Shown: positions 25,101 to 39,777 of the stretch, one piece after another
How positions within the stretch are numbered: the stretch's first letter is position 1
How the letters are laid out: every line of letters starts with the position of its first letter
Assembly: GCA_964057225.1 (NCBI GenBank)
Contig: CAXKVF010000072.1
Location: 186,001 to 250,000 of the forward strand
Reading direction: 5' to 3'
DNA: 64,000 bases
Source of the DNA: Auanema rhodensis
Lineage: Eukaryota; Animalia; Nematoda
The notes under the pieces: generated by a model
Databases searched by the model: none
Seen by the model: the letters and a program-made list of their open reading frames with translations, nothing else
What the model was told of the DNA's origin: nothing
Position numbers and translations under genes: made by a program

Positions 25101-28100
25101 TTTTGAAAACCGCATCTCTTTATCTTTCACGTGAAGCGAGTTACATACCAAGTGCACATCACGTGTACATTTAATTAGCATAAATTAAAGTTCACGTAAA
25201 TTTCAAAGTCATGGTTACCATGCACCAATATCAATAAAAATTTGTTTTTAGACTAATATGGACATGGGGAATCTAATTTTGAAAACCGCATCTCTTTATC
25301 TTCCACGTGAAGCGAGTTACATACCAAGTGCACATCACGTGTACATTTAATTAGCATAAATTAAAGTTCACGTAAATTTCAAAGTCATGGTTACCATGAA
25401 CCAATATCAATAAAAATTTGTTTTTAGACTAATATGTACATGGGGAATCTAATTTTGAAAACCGCATCTCTTTATCTTTCACGTGAAGCGAGTTACATAC
25501 CAAGTGCACATCACGTGTACATTTAATTAGCATAAATTAAAGTTCACGTAAATTTCAAAGTCATGGTTACCATGCACCAATATCAATAAAAATCTGTTTT
25601 TAGACTAATATGGACATGGGGAATCTAATTTTGAAAACCGCATCTCTTTATCTTTCACGTGAAGCGAGTTACATACCAAGTGCACATCACGTGTACATTT
25701 AATTAGCATAAATTAAAGTTCACGTAAATTTCAAAGTCATGGTTACCATTAACCAATATCAATAAAAATTTGTTTTTAGACTAATATGGACATGGGGAAT
25801 CTAATTTTGAAAACCGCATCTCTTTATCTTTCACGTGAAGCGAGTTACATACCAAGTGCACATCACGTGTACATTTAATTAGCATAAATTAAAGTTCACG
25901 TAAATTTCAAAGTCATGGTTACCATGCACCAATATCAATAAAAATCTGTTTTTAGACTAATATGGACATGGGGAATCTAATTTTGAAAACCGCATCTCTT
26001 TATCTTTCACGTGAAGCGAGTTACATACCAAGTGCACATCACGTGTACATTTAATTAGCATAAATTAAAGTTCACGTAAATTTCAAAGTCATGGTTACCA
26101 TGCACCAATATCAATAAAAATTTGTTTTTAGACTAATATGGACATGGGGAATCTAATTTTGAAAACCGCATCTCTTTATCTTTCACGTGAAGCGAGTTAC
26201 ATACCAAGTGCACATCACGTGTACATTTAATTAGCATAAATTAAAGTTCACGTAAATTTCAAAGTCATGGTTACCATTAACCAATATCAATAAAAATTTG
26301 TTTTTAGACTAATATGGACATGGGGAATCTAATTTTGAAAACCGCATCTCTTTATCTTTCACGTGAAGCGAGTTACATACCAAGTGCACATCACGTGTAC
26401 ATTTAATTAGCATAAATTAAAGTTCACGTAAATTTCAAAGTCATGGTTACCATGAACCAATATCAATAAAAATTTGTTTTTAGACTAATATGGACATGGG
26501 GAATCTAATTTTGAAAACCGCATCTCTTTATCTTCCACGTGAAGCGAGTTACATACCAAGTGCACATCACGTGTACATTTAATTAGCATAAATTAAAGTT
26601 CACGTAAATTTCAAAGTCATGGTTACCATGAACCAATATCAATAAAAATTTGTTTTTAGACTAATATGTACATGGGGAATCTAATTTTGAAAACCGCATC
26701 TCTTTATCTTTCACGTGAAGCGAGTTACATACCAAGTGCACATCACGTGCACATTTAATTAGCATAAATTAAAGTTCACGTAAATTTCAAAGTCATGGTT
26801 ACCATGCACCAATATCAATAAAAATTTGTTTTTAGACTAATATGGACATGGGGAATCTAATGTTGAAAACCGCATCTTTTTATCTTTCACGTGAAGCGAG
26901 TTACATACCAAGTGCACATCACGTGTACATTTAATTAGCATAAATTAAAGTTCACGTAAATTTCAAAGTCATGGTTACCATGAACCAATATCAATAAAAA
27001 TTTGTTTTTAGACTAATATGGACATGGGGAATCTAATGTTGAAAACCGCATCTCTTTATCTTTCACGTGAAGCGAGTTGCATACCAAGTGCACATCACGT
27101 GTACATTTAATTAGCATAAATTAAAGTTCACGTAAATTTCAAAGTCATGGTTACCATGAACCAATATCAATAAAAATTTGTTTTTAGACTAATATGGACA
27201 TGGGGAATCTAATTTTGAAAACCGCATCTCTTTATCTTTCACGTGAAGCGAGTTACATACCAAGTGCACATCACGTGTACATTTAATTAGCATAAATTAA
27301 AGTTCACGTAAATTTCAAAGTCATGGTTACCATGAACCAATATCAATAAAAATTTGTTTTTAGACTAATATGGACATGGGGAATCTAATGTTGAAAACCG
27401 CATCTCTTTATCTTTCACGTGAAGCGAGTTGCATACCAAGTGCACATCACGTGTACATTTAATTAGCATAAATTAAAGTTCACGTAAATTTCAAAGTCAT
27501 GGTTACCATGAACCAATATCAATAAAAATTTGTTTTTAGACTAATATGGACATGGGGAATCTAATTTTGAAAACCGCATCTCTTTATCTTCCACGTGAAG
27601 CGAGTTGCATACCAAGTGCACATCACGTGCACATTTAATTAGCATAAATTAAAGTTCACGTAAATTTCAAAGTCATGGTTACCATGCACCAATATCAATA
27701 AAAATTTGTTTTTAGACTAATATGGACATGGGGAATCTAATGTTGAAAACCGCATCTTTTTATCTTTCACGTGAAGCGAGTTACATACCAAGTGCACATC
27801 ACGTGTACATTTAATTAGCATAAATTAAAGTTCACGTAAATTTCAAAGTCATGGTTACCATGAACCAATATCAATAAAAATTTGTTTTTAGACTAATATG
27901 GACATGGGGAATCTAATTTTGAAAACCGCATCTCTTTATCTTTCACGTGAAGCGAGTTACATACCAAGTGCACATCACGTGTACATTTAATTAGCATAAA
28001 TTAAAGTTCACGTAAATTTCAAAGTCATGGTTACCATGAACCAATATCAATAAAAATTTGTTTTTAGACTAATATGGACATGGGGAATCTAATGTTGAAA

Positions 28101-31100
28101 ACCGCATCTCTTTATCTTTCACGTGAAGCGAGTTGCATACCAAGTGCACATCACGTGTACATTTAATTAGCATAAATTAAAGTTCACGTAAATTTCAAAG
28201 TCATGGTTACCATGAACCAATATCAATAAAAATTTGTTTTTAGACTAATATGGACATGGGGAATCTAATTTTGAAAACCGCATCTCTTTATCTTCCACGT
28301 GAAGCGAGTTACATACCAAGTGCACATCACGTGTACATTTAATTAGCATAAATTAAAGTTCACGTAAATTTCAAAGTCATGGTTACCATGAACCAATATC
28401 AATAAAAATTTGTTTTTAGACTAATATGGACATGGGGAATCAAATTTTGAAAACCGCATCTCTTTATCTTTCACGTGAAGCGAGTTACATACCAAGTGCA
28501 CATCACGTGTACATTTAATTAGCATAAATTAAAGTTCACGTAAATTTCAAAGTCATGGTTACCATGCACCAATATCAATAAAAATTTGTTTTTAGACTAA
28601 TATGGACATGGGGAATCTAATTTTGAAAACCGCATCTCTTCATATTTCACGTGAAGCGAGTTACATACCAAGTGCACATCACGTGTACATTTAATTAGCA
28701 TAAATTAAAGTTCAAGTAAATTTCAAAGTCATGGTTACCATGAACCAATATCAATAAAAATTGGTTATTAGACTAATATGGACATGGGGAATCTAATTTT
28801 GAAAACCGCATCTCTTTATCTTTCACGTGAAGCGAGTTACATACCAAGTGCACATCACGTGTACATTTAATTAGCATAAATTAAAGTTCACGTAAATTTC
28901 AAAGTCATGGTTACCATGCACCAATATCAATAAAAATTTGTTTTTAGACTAATATGGACATGGGGAATCTAATTTTGAAAACCGCATCTCTTTATCTTCC
29001 ACGTGAAGCGAGTTACATACCAAGTGCACATCACGTGTACATTTAATTAGCATAAATTAAAGTTCACGTAAATTTCAAAGTCATGGTTACCATGAACCAA
29101 TATCAATAAAAATTTGTTTTTAGACTAATATGTACATGGGGAATCTAATTTTGAAAACCGCATCTCTTTATCTTTCACGTGAAGCGAGTTACATACCAAG
29201 TGCACATCACGTGTACATTTAATTAGCATAAATTAAAGTTCACGTAAATTTCAAAGTCATGGTTACCATGCACCAATATCAATAAAAATTTGTTTTTAGA
29301 CTAATATGGACATGGGGAATCTAATGTTGAAAACCGCATCTCTTTATCTTTCACGTGAAGCGAGTTACATACCAAGTGCACATCACGTGTACATTTAATT
29401 AGCATAAATTAAAGTTCACGTAAATTTCAAAGTCATGGTTACCATGAACCAATATCAATAAAAATTTGTTTTTAGACTAATATGGACATGGGGAATCTAA
29501 TTTTGAAAACCGCATCTCTTTATCTTCCACGTGAAGCGAGTTACATACCAAGTGCACATCACGTGTACATTTAATTAGCATAAATTAAAGTTCACGTAAA
29601 TTTCAAAGTCATGGTTACCATGAACCAATATCAATAAAAATTTGTTTTTAGACTAATATGGACATGGGGAATCTAATGTTGAAAACCGCATCTCTTTATC
29701 TTTCACGTGAAGCGAGTTACATACCAAGTGCACATCACGTGTACATTTAATTAGCATAAATTAAAGTTCACGTAAATTTCAAAGTCATGGTTACCATGAA
29801 CCAATATCAATAAAAATTTGTTTTTAGACTAATATGTACATGGGGAATCTAATTTTGAAAACCGCATCTCTTTATCTTTCACGTGAAGCGAGTTACATAC
29901 CAAGTGCACATCACGTGCACATTTAATTAGCATAAATTAAAGTTCACGTAAATTTCAAAGTCATGGTTACCATGCACCAATATCAATAAAAATTTGTTTT
30001 TAGACTAATATGGACATGGGGAATCTAATGTTGAAAACCGCATCTTTTTATCTTTCACGTGAAGCGAGTTACATACCAAGTGCACATCACGTGTACATTT
30101 AATTAGCATAAATTAAAGTTCACGTAAATTTCAAAGTCATGGTTACCATGAACCAATATCAATAAAAATTTGTTTTTAGACTAATATGGACATGGGGAAT
30201 CTAATGTTGAAAACCGCATCTCTTTATCTTTCACGTGAAGCGAGTTGCATACCAAGTGCACATCACGTGTACATTTAATTAGCATAAATTAAAGTTCACG
30301 TAAATTTCAAAGTCATGGTTACCATGAACCAATATCAATAAAAATTTGTTTTTAGACTAATATGGACATGGGGAATCTAATTTTGAAAACCGCATCTCTT
30401 TATCTTTCACGTGAAGCGAGTTACATACCAAGTGCACATCACGTGTACATTTAATTAGCATAAATTAAAGTTCACGTAAATTTCAAAGTCATGGTTACCA
30501 TGAACCAATATCAATAAAAATTTGTTTTTAGACTAATATGGACATGGGGAATCTAATGTTGAAAACCGCATCTCTTTATCTTTCACGTGAAGCGAGTTGC
30601 ATACCAAGTGCACATCACGTGTACATTTAATTAGCATAAATTAAAGTTCACGTAAATTTCAAAGTCATGGTTACCATGAACCAATATCAATAAAAATTTG
30701 TTTTTAGACTAATATGGACATGGGGAATCTAATTTTGAAAACCGCATCTCTTTATCTTCCACGTGAAGCGAGTTACATACCAAGTGCACATCACGTGTAC
30801 ATTTAATTAGCATAAATTAAAGTTCACGTAAATTTCAAAGTCATGGTTACCATGAACCAATATCAATAAAAATTTGTTTTTAGACTAATATGGACATGGG
30901 GAATCAAATTTTGAAAACCGCATCTCTTTATCTTTCACGTGAAGCGAGTTACATACCAAGTGCACATCACGTGTACATTTAATTAGCATAAATTAAAGTT
31001 CACGTAAATTTCAAAGTCATGGTTACCATGCACCAATATCAATAAAAATTTGTTTTTAGACTAATATGGACATGGGGAATCTAATTTTGAAAACCGCATC

Positions 31101-34100
31101 TCTTCATATTTCACGTGAAGCGAGTTACATACCAAGTGCACATCACGTGTACATTTAATTAGCATAAATTAAAGTTCAAGTAAATTTCAAAGTCATGGTT
31201 ACCATGAACCAATATCAATAAAAATTGGTTATTAGACTAATATGGACATGGGGAATCTAATTTTGAAAACCGCATCTCTTTATCTTTCACGTGAAGCGAG
31301 TTACATACCAAGTGCACATCACGTGTACATTTAATTAGCATAAATTAAAGTTCACGTAAATTTCAAAGTCATGGTTACCATGCACCAATATCAATAAAAA
31401 TTTGTTTTTAGACTAATATGGACATGGGGAATCTAATTTTGAAAACCGCATCTCTTTATCTTCCACGTGAAGCGAGTTACATACCAAGTGCACATCACGT
31501 GTACATTTAATTAGCATAAATTAAAGTTCACGTAAATTTCAAAGTCATGGTTACCATGAACCAATATCAATAAAAATTTGTTTTTAGACTAATATGTACA
31601 TGGGGAATCTAATTTTGAAAACCGCATCTCTTTATCTTTCACGTGAAGCGAGTTACATACCAAGTGCACATCACGTGTACATTTAATTAGCATAAATTAA
31701 AGTTCACGTAAATTTCAAAGTCATGGTTACCATGCACCAATATCAATAAAAATTTGTTTTTAGACTAATATGGACATGGGGAATCTAATGTTGAAAACCG
31801 CATCTCTTTATCTTTCACGTGAAGCGAGTTACATACCAAGTGCACATCACGTGTACATTTAATTAGCATAAATTAAAGTTCACGTAAATTTCAAAGTCAT
31901 GGTTACCATGAACCAATATCAATAAAAATTTGTTTTTAGACTAATATGGACATGGGGAATCTAATTTTGAAAACCGCATCTCTTTATCTTTCACGTGAAG
32001 CGAGTTACATACCAAGTGCACATCACGTGCACATTTAATTAGCATAAATTAAAGTTCACGTAAATTTCAAAGTCATGGTTACCATGCACCAATATCAATA
32101 AAAATTTGTTTTTAGACTAATATGGACATGGGGAATCTAATGTTGAAAACCGCATCTTTTTATCTTTCACGTGAAGCGAGTTACATACCAAGTGCACATC
32201 ACGTGTACATTTAATTAGCATAAATTAAAGTTCACGTAAATTTCAAAGTCATGGTTACCATGAACCAATATCAATAAAAATTTGTTTTTAGACTAATATG
32301 GACATGGGGAATCTAATGTTGAAAACCGCATCTCTTTATCTTTCACGTGAAGCGAGTTACATACCAAGTGCACATCACGTGTACATTTAATTAGCATAAA
32401 TTAAAGTTCACGTAAATTTCAAAGTCATGGTTACCATGAACCAATATCAATAAAAATTTGTTTTTAGACTAATATGGACATGGGGAATCTAATTTTGAAA
32501 ACCGCATCTCTTTATCTTTCACGTGAAGCGAGTTACATACCAAGTGCACATCACGTGTACATTTAATTAGCATAAAATAAAGTTCACGTAAATTTCAAAG
32601 TCATGGTTACCATGCACCAATATCAATAAAAATTTGTTTTTAGACTAATATGGACATGGGGAATCTAATTTTGAAAACCGCATCTCTTTATCTTCCACGT
32701 GAAGCGAGTTACATACCAAGTGCACATCACGTGTACATTTAATTAGCATAAATTAAAGTTCACGTAAATTTCAAAGTCATGGTTACCATGAACCAATATC
32801 AATAAAAATTTGTTTTTAGACTAATATGGACATGGGGAATCTAATTTTGAAAACCGCATCTCTTTATCTTCCACGTGAAGCGAGTTACATACCAAGTGCA
32901 CATCACGTGTACATTTAATTAGCATAAATTAAAGTTCACGTAAATTTCAAAGTCATGGTTACCATGAACCAATATCAATAAAAATTTGTTTTTAGACTAA
33001 TATGGACATGGGGAATCAAATTTTGAAAACCGCATCTCTTTATCTTTCACGTGAAGCGAGTTACATACCAAGTGCACATCACGTGTACATTTAATTAGCA
33101 TAAATTAAAGTTCACGTAAATTTCAAAGTCATGGTTACCATGAACCAATATCAATAGAAATTTGTTTTTAGACTAATATGGACATGGGGAATCTAATTTT
33201 GAAAACCGCATCACTTTATCTTTCACGTGAAGCGAGTTACATACCAAGTGCACATCACGTGTACATTTAATTAGCATAAATTAAAGTTCACGTAAATTTC
33301 AAAGTCATGGTTACCATGCACCAATATCAATAAAAATTTGTTTTTAGACTAATATGGACATGGGGAATCTAATTTTGAAAACCGCATCTCTTCATATTTC
33401 ACGTGAAGCGAGTTACATACCAAGTGCACATCACGTGTACATTTAATTAGCATAAATTAAAGTTCACGTAAATTTCAAAGTCATGGTTACCATGAACCAA
33501 TATCAATAAAAATTGGTTATTAGACTAATATGGACATGGGGAATCCAATTTTGAAAACCGCATCTCTTTATCTTTCACGTGAAGCGAGTTACATACCAAG
33601 TGCACATCACGTGTACATTTAATTAGCATAAATTAAAGTTCACGTAAATTTCAAAGTCATGGTTACCATGCACCAATATCAATAAAAATTTGTTTTTAGA
33701 CTAATATGGACATGGGGAATCTAATTTTGAAAACCGCATCTCTTTATCTTCCACGTGAAGCGAGTTACATACCAAGTGCACATCACGTGTACATTTAATT
33801 AGCATAAATTAAAGTTCACGTAAATTTCAAAGTCATGGTTACCATGAACCAATATCAATAAAAATTTGTTTTTAGACTAATATGTACATGGGGAATCTAA
33901 TTTTGAAAACCGCATCTCTTTATCTTTCACGTGAAGCGAGTTACATACCAAGTGCACATCACGTGTACATTTAATTAGCATAAATTAAAGTTCACGTAAA
34001 TTTCAAAGTCATGGTTACCATGCACCAATATCAATAAAAATCTGTTTTTAGACTAATATGGACATGGGGAATCTAATTTTGAAAACCGCATCTCTTTATC

Positions 34101-36081
34101 TTTCACGTGAAGCGAGTTACATACCAAGTGCACATCACGTGTACATTTAATTAGCATAAATTAAAGTTCACGTAAATTTCAAAGTCATGGTTACCATTAA
34201 CCAATATCAATAAAAATTTGTTTTTAGACTAATATGGACATGGGGAATCTAATTTTGAAAACCGCATCTCTTTATCTTTCACGTGAAGCGAGTTACATAC
34301 CAAGTGCACATCACGTGTACATTTAATTAGCATAAATTAAAGTTCACGTAAATTTCAAAGTCATGGTTACCATGCACCAATATCAATAAAAATCTGTTTT
34401 TAGACTAATATGGACATGGGGAATCTAATTTTGAAAACCGCATCTCTTTATCTTTCACGTGAAGCGAGTTACATACCAAGTGCACATCACGTGTACATTT
34501 AATTAGCATAAATTAAAGTTCACGTAAATTTCAAAGTCATGGTTACCATGCACCAATATCAATAAAAATTTGTTTTTAGACTAATATGGACATGGGGAAT
34601 CTAATTTTGAAAACCGCATCTCTTTATCTTTCACGTGAAGCGAGTTACATACCAAGTGCACATCACGTGTACATTTAATTAGCATAAATTAAAGTTCACG
34701 TAAATTTCAAAGTCATGGTTACCATTAACCAATATCAATAAAAATTTGTTTTTAGACTAATATGGACATGGGGAATCTAATTTTGAAAACCGCATCTCTT
34801 TATCTTTCACGTGAAGCGAGTTACATACCAAGTGCACATCACGTGTACATTTAATTAGCATAAATTAAAGTTCACGTAAATTTCAAAGTCATGGTTACCA
34901 TGAACCAATATCAATAAAAATTTGTTTTTAGACTAATATGGACATGGGGAATCTAATTTTGAAAACCGCATCTCTTTATCTTCCACGTGAAGCGAGTTAC
35001 ATACCAAGTGCACATCACGTGTACATTTAATTAGCATAAATTAAAGTTCACGTAAATTTCAAAGTCATGGTTACCATGAACCAATATCAATAAAAATTTG
35101 TTTTTAGACTAATATGTACATGGGGAATCTAATTTTGAAAACCGCATCTCTTTATCTTTCACGTGAAGCGAGTTACATACCAAGTGCACATCACGTGCAC
35201 ATTTAATTAGCATAAATTAAAGTTCACGTAAATTTCAAAGTCATGGTTACCATGCACCAATATCAATAAAAATTTGTTTTTAGACTAATATGGACATGGG
35301 GAATCTAATGTTGAAAACCGCATCTTTTTATCTTTCACGTGAAGCGAGTTACATACCAAGTGCACATCACGTGTACATTTAATTAGCATAAATTAAAGTT
35401 CACGTAAATTTCAAAGTCATGGTTACCATGAACCAATATCAATAAAAATTTGTTTTTAGACTAATATGGACATGGGGAATCTAATGTTGAAAACCGCATC
35501 TCTTTATCTTTCACGTGAAGCGAGTTGCATACCAAGTGCACATCACGTGTACATTTAATTAGCATAAATTAAAGTTCACGTAAATTTCAAAGTCATGGTT
35601 ACCATGAACCAATATCAATAAAAATTTGTTTTTAGACTAATATGGACATGGGGAATCTAATTTTGAAAACCGCATCTCTTTATCTTTCACGTGAAGCGAG
35701 TTACATACCAAGTGCACATCACGTGTACATTTAATTAGCATAAATTAAAGTTCACGTAAATTTCAAAGTCATGGTTACCATGAACCAATATCAATAAAAA
35801 TTTGTTTTTAGACTAATATGGACATGGGGAATCTAATGTTGAAAACCGCATCTCTTTATCTTTCACGTGAAGCGAGTTGCATACCAAGTGCACATCACGT
35901 GTACATTTAATTAGCATAAATTAAAGTTCACGTAAATTTCAAAGTCATGGTTACCATGAACCAATATCAATAAAAATTTGTTTTTAGACTAATATGGACA
36001 TGGGGAATCTAATTTTGAAAACCGCATCTCTTTATCTTCCACGTGAAGCGAGTTACATACCAAGTGCACATCACGTGTACA
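19186..36081. repeat. 48-monomer (8448 bp) tandem segmental duplication (monomers 110-157 and 158-205)
   Basis: Rare markers recur at an exact 8448-bp offset: C26A+T74G+T78A (monomers 116,130 to 164,178), T16A (138 to 186), A68G+T124A (141 to 189), T105C (143 to 191), T73C (146,148 to 194,196), G53T (147,150 to 195,198). Confidence 0.9.
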
Positions 36082-39000
36082 TTTAATTAGCATAAATTAA
36101 AGTTCACGTAAATTTCAAAGTCATGGTTACCATGAACCAATATCAATAAAAATTTGTTTTTAGACTAATATGGACATGGGGAATCAAATTTTGAAAACCG
36201 CATCTCTTTATCTTTCACGTGAAGCGAGTTACATACCAAGTGCACATCACGTGTACATTTAATTAGCATAAATTAAAGTTCACGTAAATTTCAAAGTCAT
36301 GGTTACCATGCACCAATATCAATAAAAATTTGTTTTTAGACTAATATGGACATGGGGAATCTAATTTTGAAAACCGCATCTCTTCATATTTCACGTGAAG
36401 CGAGTTACATACCAAGTGCACATCACGTGTACATTTAATTAGCATAAATTAAAGTTCACGTAAATTTCAAAGTCATGGTTACCATGAACCAATATCAATA
36501 AAAATTGGTTATTAGACTAATATGGACATGGGGAATCTAATTTTGAAAACCGCATCTCTTTATCTTTCACGTGAAGCGAGTTACATACCAAGTGCACATC
36601 ACGTGTACATTTAATTAGCATAAATTAAAGTTCACGTAAATTTCAAAGTCATGGTTACCATGCACCAATATCAATAAAAATTTGTTTTTAGACTAATATG
36701 GACATGGGGAATCTAATTTTGAAAACCGCATCTCTTTATCTTCCACGTGAAGCGAGTTACATACCAAGTGCACATCACGTGTACATTTAATTAGCATAAA
36801 TTAAAGTTCACGTAAATTTCAAAGTCATGGTTACCATGAACCAATATCAATAAAAATTTGTTTTTAGACTAATATGTACATGGGGAATCTAATTTTGAAA
36901 ACCGCATCTCTTTATCTTTCACGTGAAGCGAGTTACATACCAAGTGCACATCACGTGTACATTTAATTAGCATAAATTAAAGTTCACGTAAATTTCAAAG
37001 TCATGGTTACCATGCACCAATATCAATAAAAATTTGTTTTTAGACTAATATGGACATGGGGAATCTAATGTTGAAAACCGCATCTCTTTATCTTTCACGT
37101 GAAGCGAGTTACATACCAAGTGCACATCACGTGTACATTTAATTAGCATAAATTAAAGTTCACGTAAATTTCAAAGTCATGGTTACCATGAACCAATATC
37201 AATAAAAATTTGTTTTTAGACTAATATGGACATGGGGAATCTAATTTTGAAAACCGCATCTCTTTATCTTTCACGTGAAGCGAGTTACATACCAAGTGCA
37301 CATCACGTGCACATTTAATTAGCATAAATTAAAGTTCACGTAAATTTCAAAGTCATGGTTACCATGCACCAATATCAATAAAAATTTGTTTTTAGACTAA
37401 TATGGACATGGGGAATCTAATGTTGAAAACCGCATCTTTTTATCTTTCACGTGAAGCGAGTTACATACCAAGTGCACATCACGTGTACATTTAATTAGCA
37501 TAAATTAAAGTTCACGTAAATTTCAAAGTCATGGTTACCATGAACCAATATCAATAAAAATTTGTTTTTAGACTAATATGGACATGGGGAATCTAATGTT
37601 GAAAACCGCATCTCTTTATCTTTCACGTGAAGCGAGTTACATACCAAGTGCACATCACGTGTACATTTAATTAGCATAAATTAAAGTTCACGTAAATTTC
37701 AAAGTCATGGTTACCATGAACCAATATCAATAAAAATTTGTTTTTAGACTAATATGGACATGGGGAATCTAATTTTGAAAACCGCATCTCTTTATCTTTC
37801 ACGTGAAGCGAGTTACATACCAAGTGCACATCACGTGTACATTTAATTAGCATAAAATAAAGTTCACGTAAATTTCAAAGTCATGGTTACCATGCACCAA
37901 TATCAATAAAAATTTGTTTTTAGACTAATATGGACATGGGGAATCTAATTTTGAAAACCGCATCTCTTTATCTTCCACGTGAAGCGAGTTACATACCAAG
38001 TGCACATCACGTGTACATTTAATTAGCATAAATTAAAGTTCACGTAAATTTCAAAGTCATGGTTACCATGAACCAATATCAATAAAAATTTGTTTTTAGA
38101 CTAATATGGACATGGGGAATCTAATTTTGAAAACCGCATCTCTTTATCTTCCACGTGAAGCGAGTTACATACCAAGTGCACATCACGTGTACATTTAATT
38201 AGCATAAATTAAAGTTCACGTAAATTTCAAAGTCATGGTTACCATGAACCAATATCAATAAAAATTTGTTTTTAGACTAATATGGACATGGGGAATCAAA
38301 TTTTGAAAACCGCATCTCTTTATCTTTCACGTGAAGCGAGTTACATACCAAGTGCACATCACGTGTACATTTAATTAGCATAAATTAAAGTTCACGTAAA
38401 TTTCAAAGTCATGGTTACCATGAACCAATATCAATAGAAATTTGTTTTTAGACTAATATGGACATGGGGAATCTAATTTTGAAAACCGCATCACTTTATC
38501 TTTCACGTGAAGCGAGTTACATACCAAGTGCACATCACGTGTACATTTAATTAGCATAAATTAAAGTTCACGTAAATTTCAAAGTCATGGTTACCATGCA
38601 CCAATATCAATAAAAATTTGTTTTTAGACTAATATGGACATGGGGAATCTAATTTTGAAAACCGCATCTCTTCATATTTCACGTGAAGCGAGTTACATAC
38701 CAAGTGCACATCACGTGTACATTTAATTAGCATAAATTAAAGTTCACGTAAATTTCAAAGTCATGGTTACCATGAACCAATATCAATAAAAATTGGTTAT
38801 TAGACTAATATGGACATGGGGAATCCAATTTTGAAAACCGCATCTCTTTATCTTTCACGTGAAGCGAGTTACATACCAAGTGCACATCACGTGTACATTT
38901 AATTAGCATAAATTAAAGTTCACGTAAATTTCAAAGTCATGGTTACCATGCACCAATATCAATAAAAATTTGTTTTTAGACTAATATGGACATGGGGAAT

Positions 39001-39777
39001 CTAATTTTGAAAACCGCATCTCTTTATCTTCCACGTGAAGCGAGTTACATACCAAGTGCACATCACGTGTACATTTAATTAGCATAAATTAAAGTTCACG
39101 TAAATTTCAAAGTCATGGTTACCATGAACCAATATCAATAAAAATTTGTTTTTAGACTAATATGTACATGGGGAATCTAATTTTGAAAACCGCATCTCTT
39201 TATCTTTCACGTGAAGCGAGTTACATACCAAGTGCACATCACGTGTACATTTAATTAGCATAAATTAAAGTTCACGTAAATTTCAAAGTCATGGTTACCA
39301 TGCACCAATATCAATAAAAATCTGTTTTTAGACTAATATGGACATGGGGAATCTAATTTTGAAAACCGCATCTCTTTATCTTTCACGTGAAGCGAGTTAC
39401 ATACCAAGTGCACATCACGTGTACATTTAATTAGCATAAATTAAAGTTCACGTAAATTTCAAAGTCATGGTTACCATTAACCAATATCAATAAAAATTTG
39501 TTTTTAGACTAATATGGACATGGGGAATCTAATTTTGAAAACCGCATCTCTTTATCTTTCACGTGAAGCGAGTTACATACCAAGTGCACATCACGTGTAC
39601 ATTTAATTAGCATAAATTAAAGTTCACGTAAATTTCAAAGTCATGGTTACCATGCACCAATATCAATAAAAATCTGTTTTTAGACTAATATGGACATGGG
39701 GAATCTAATTTTGAAAACCGCATCTCTTTATCTTTCACGTGAAGCGAGTTACATACCAAGTGCACATCACGTGCACA
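29746..39777. repeat. 30-monomer (5280 bp) period duplication: monomers 170-199 followed by a 27-monomer second copy (200-226)
   Basis: T16A (186 to 216), A68G+T124A (189 to 219), T105C (191 to 221) and T73C/G53T/T73C (194-196 to 224-226) recur at 5280 bp. The copies differ by C26A (present in 178, absent in 208) and by T173C in 226. Confidence 0.88.
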
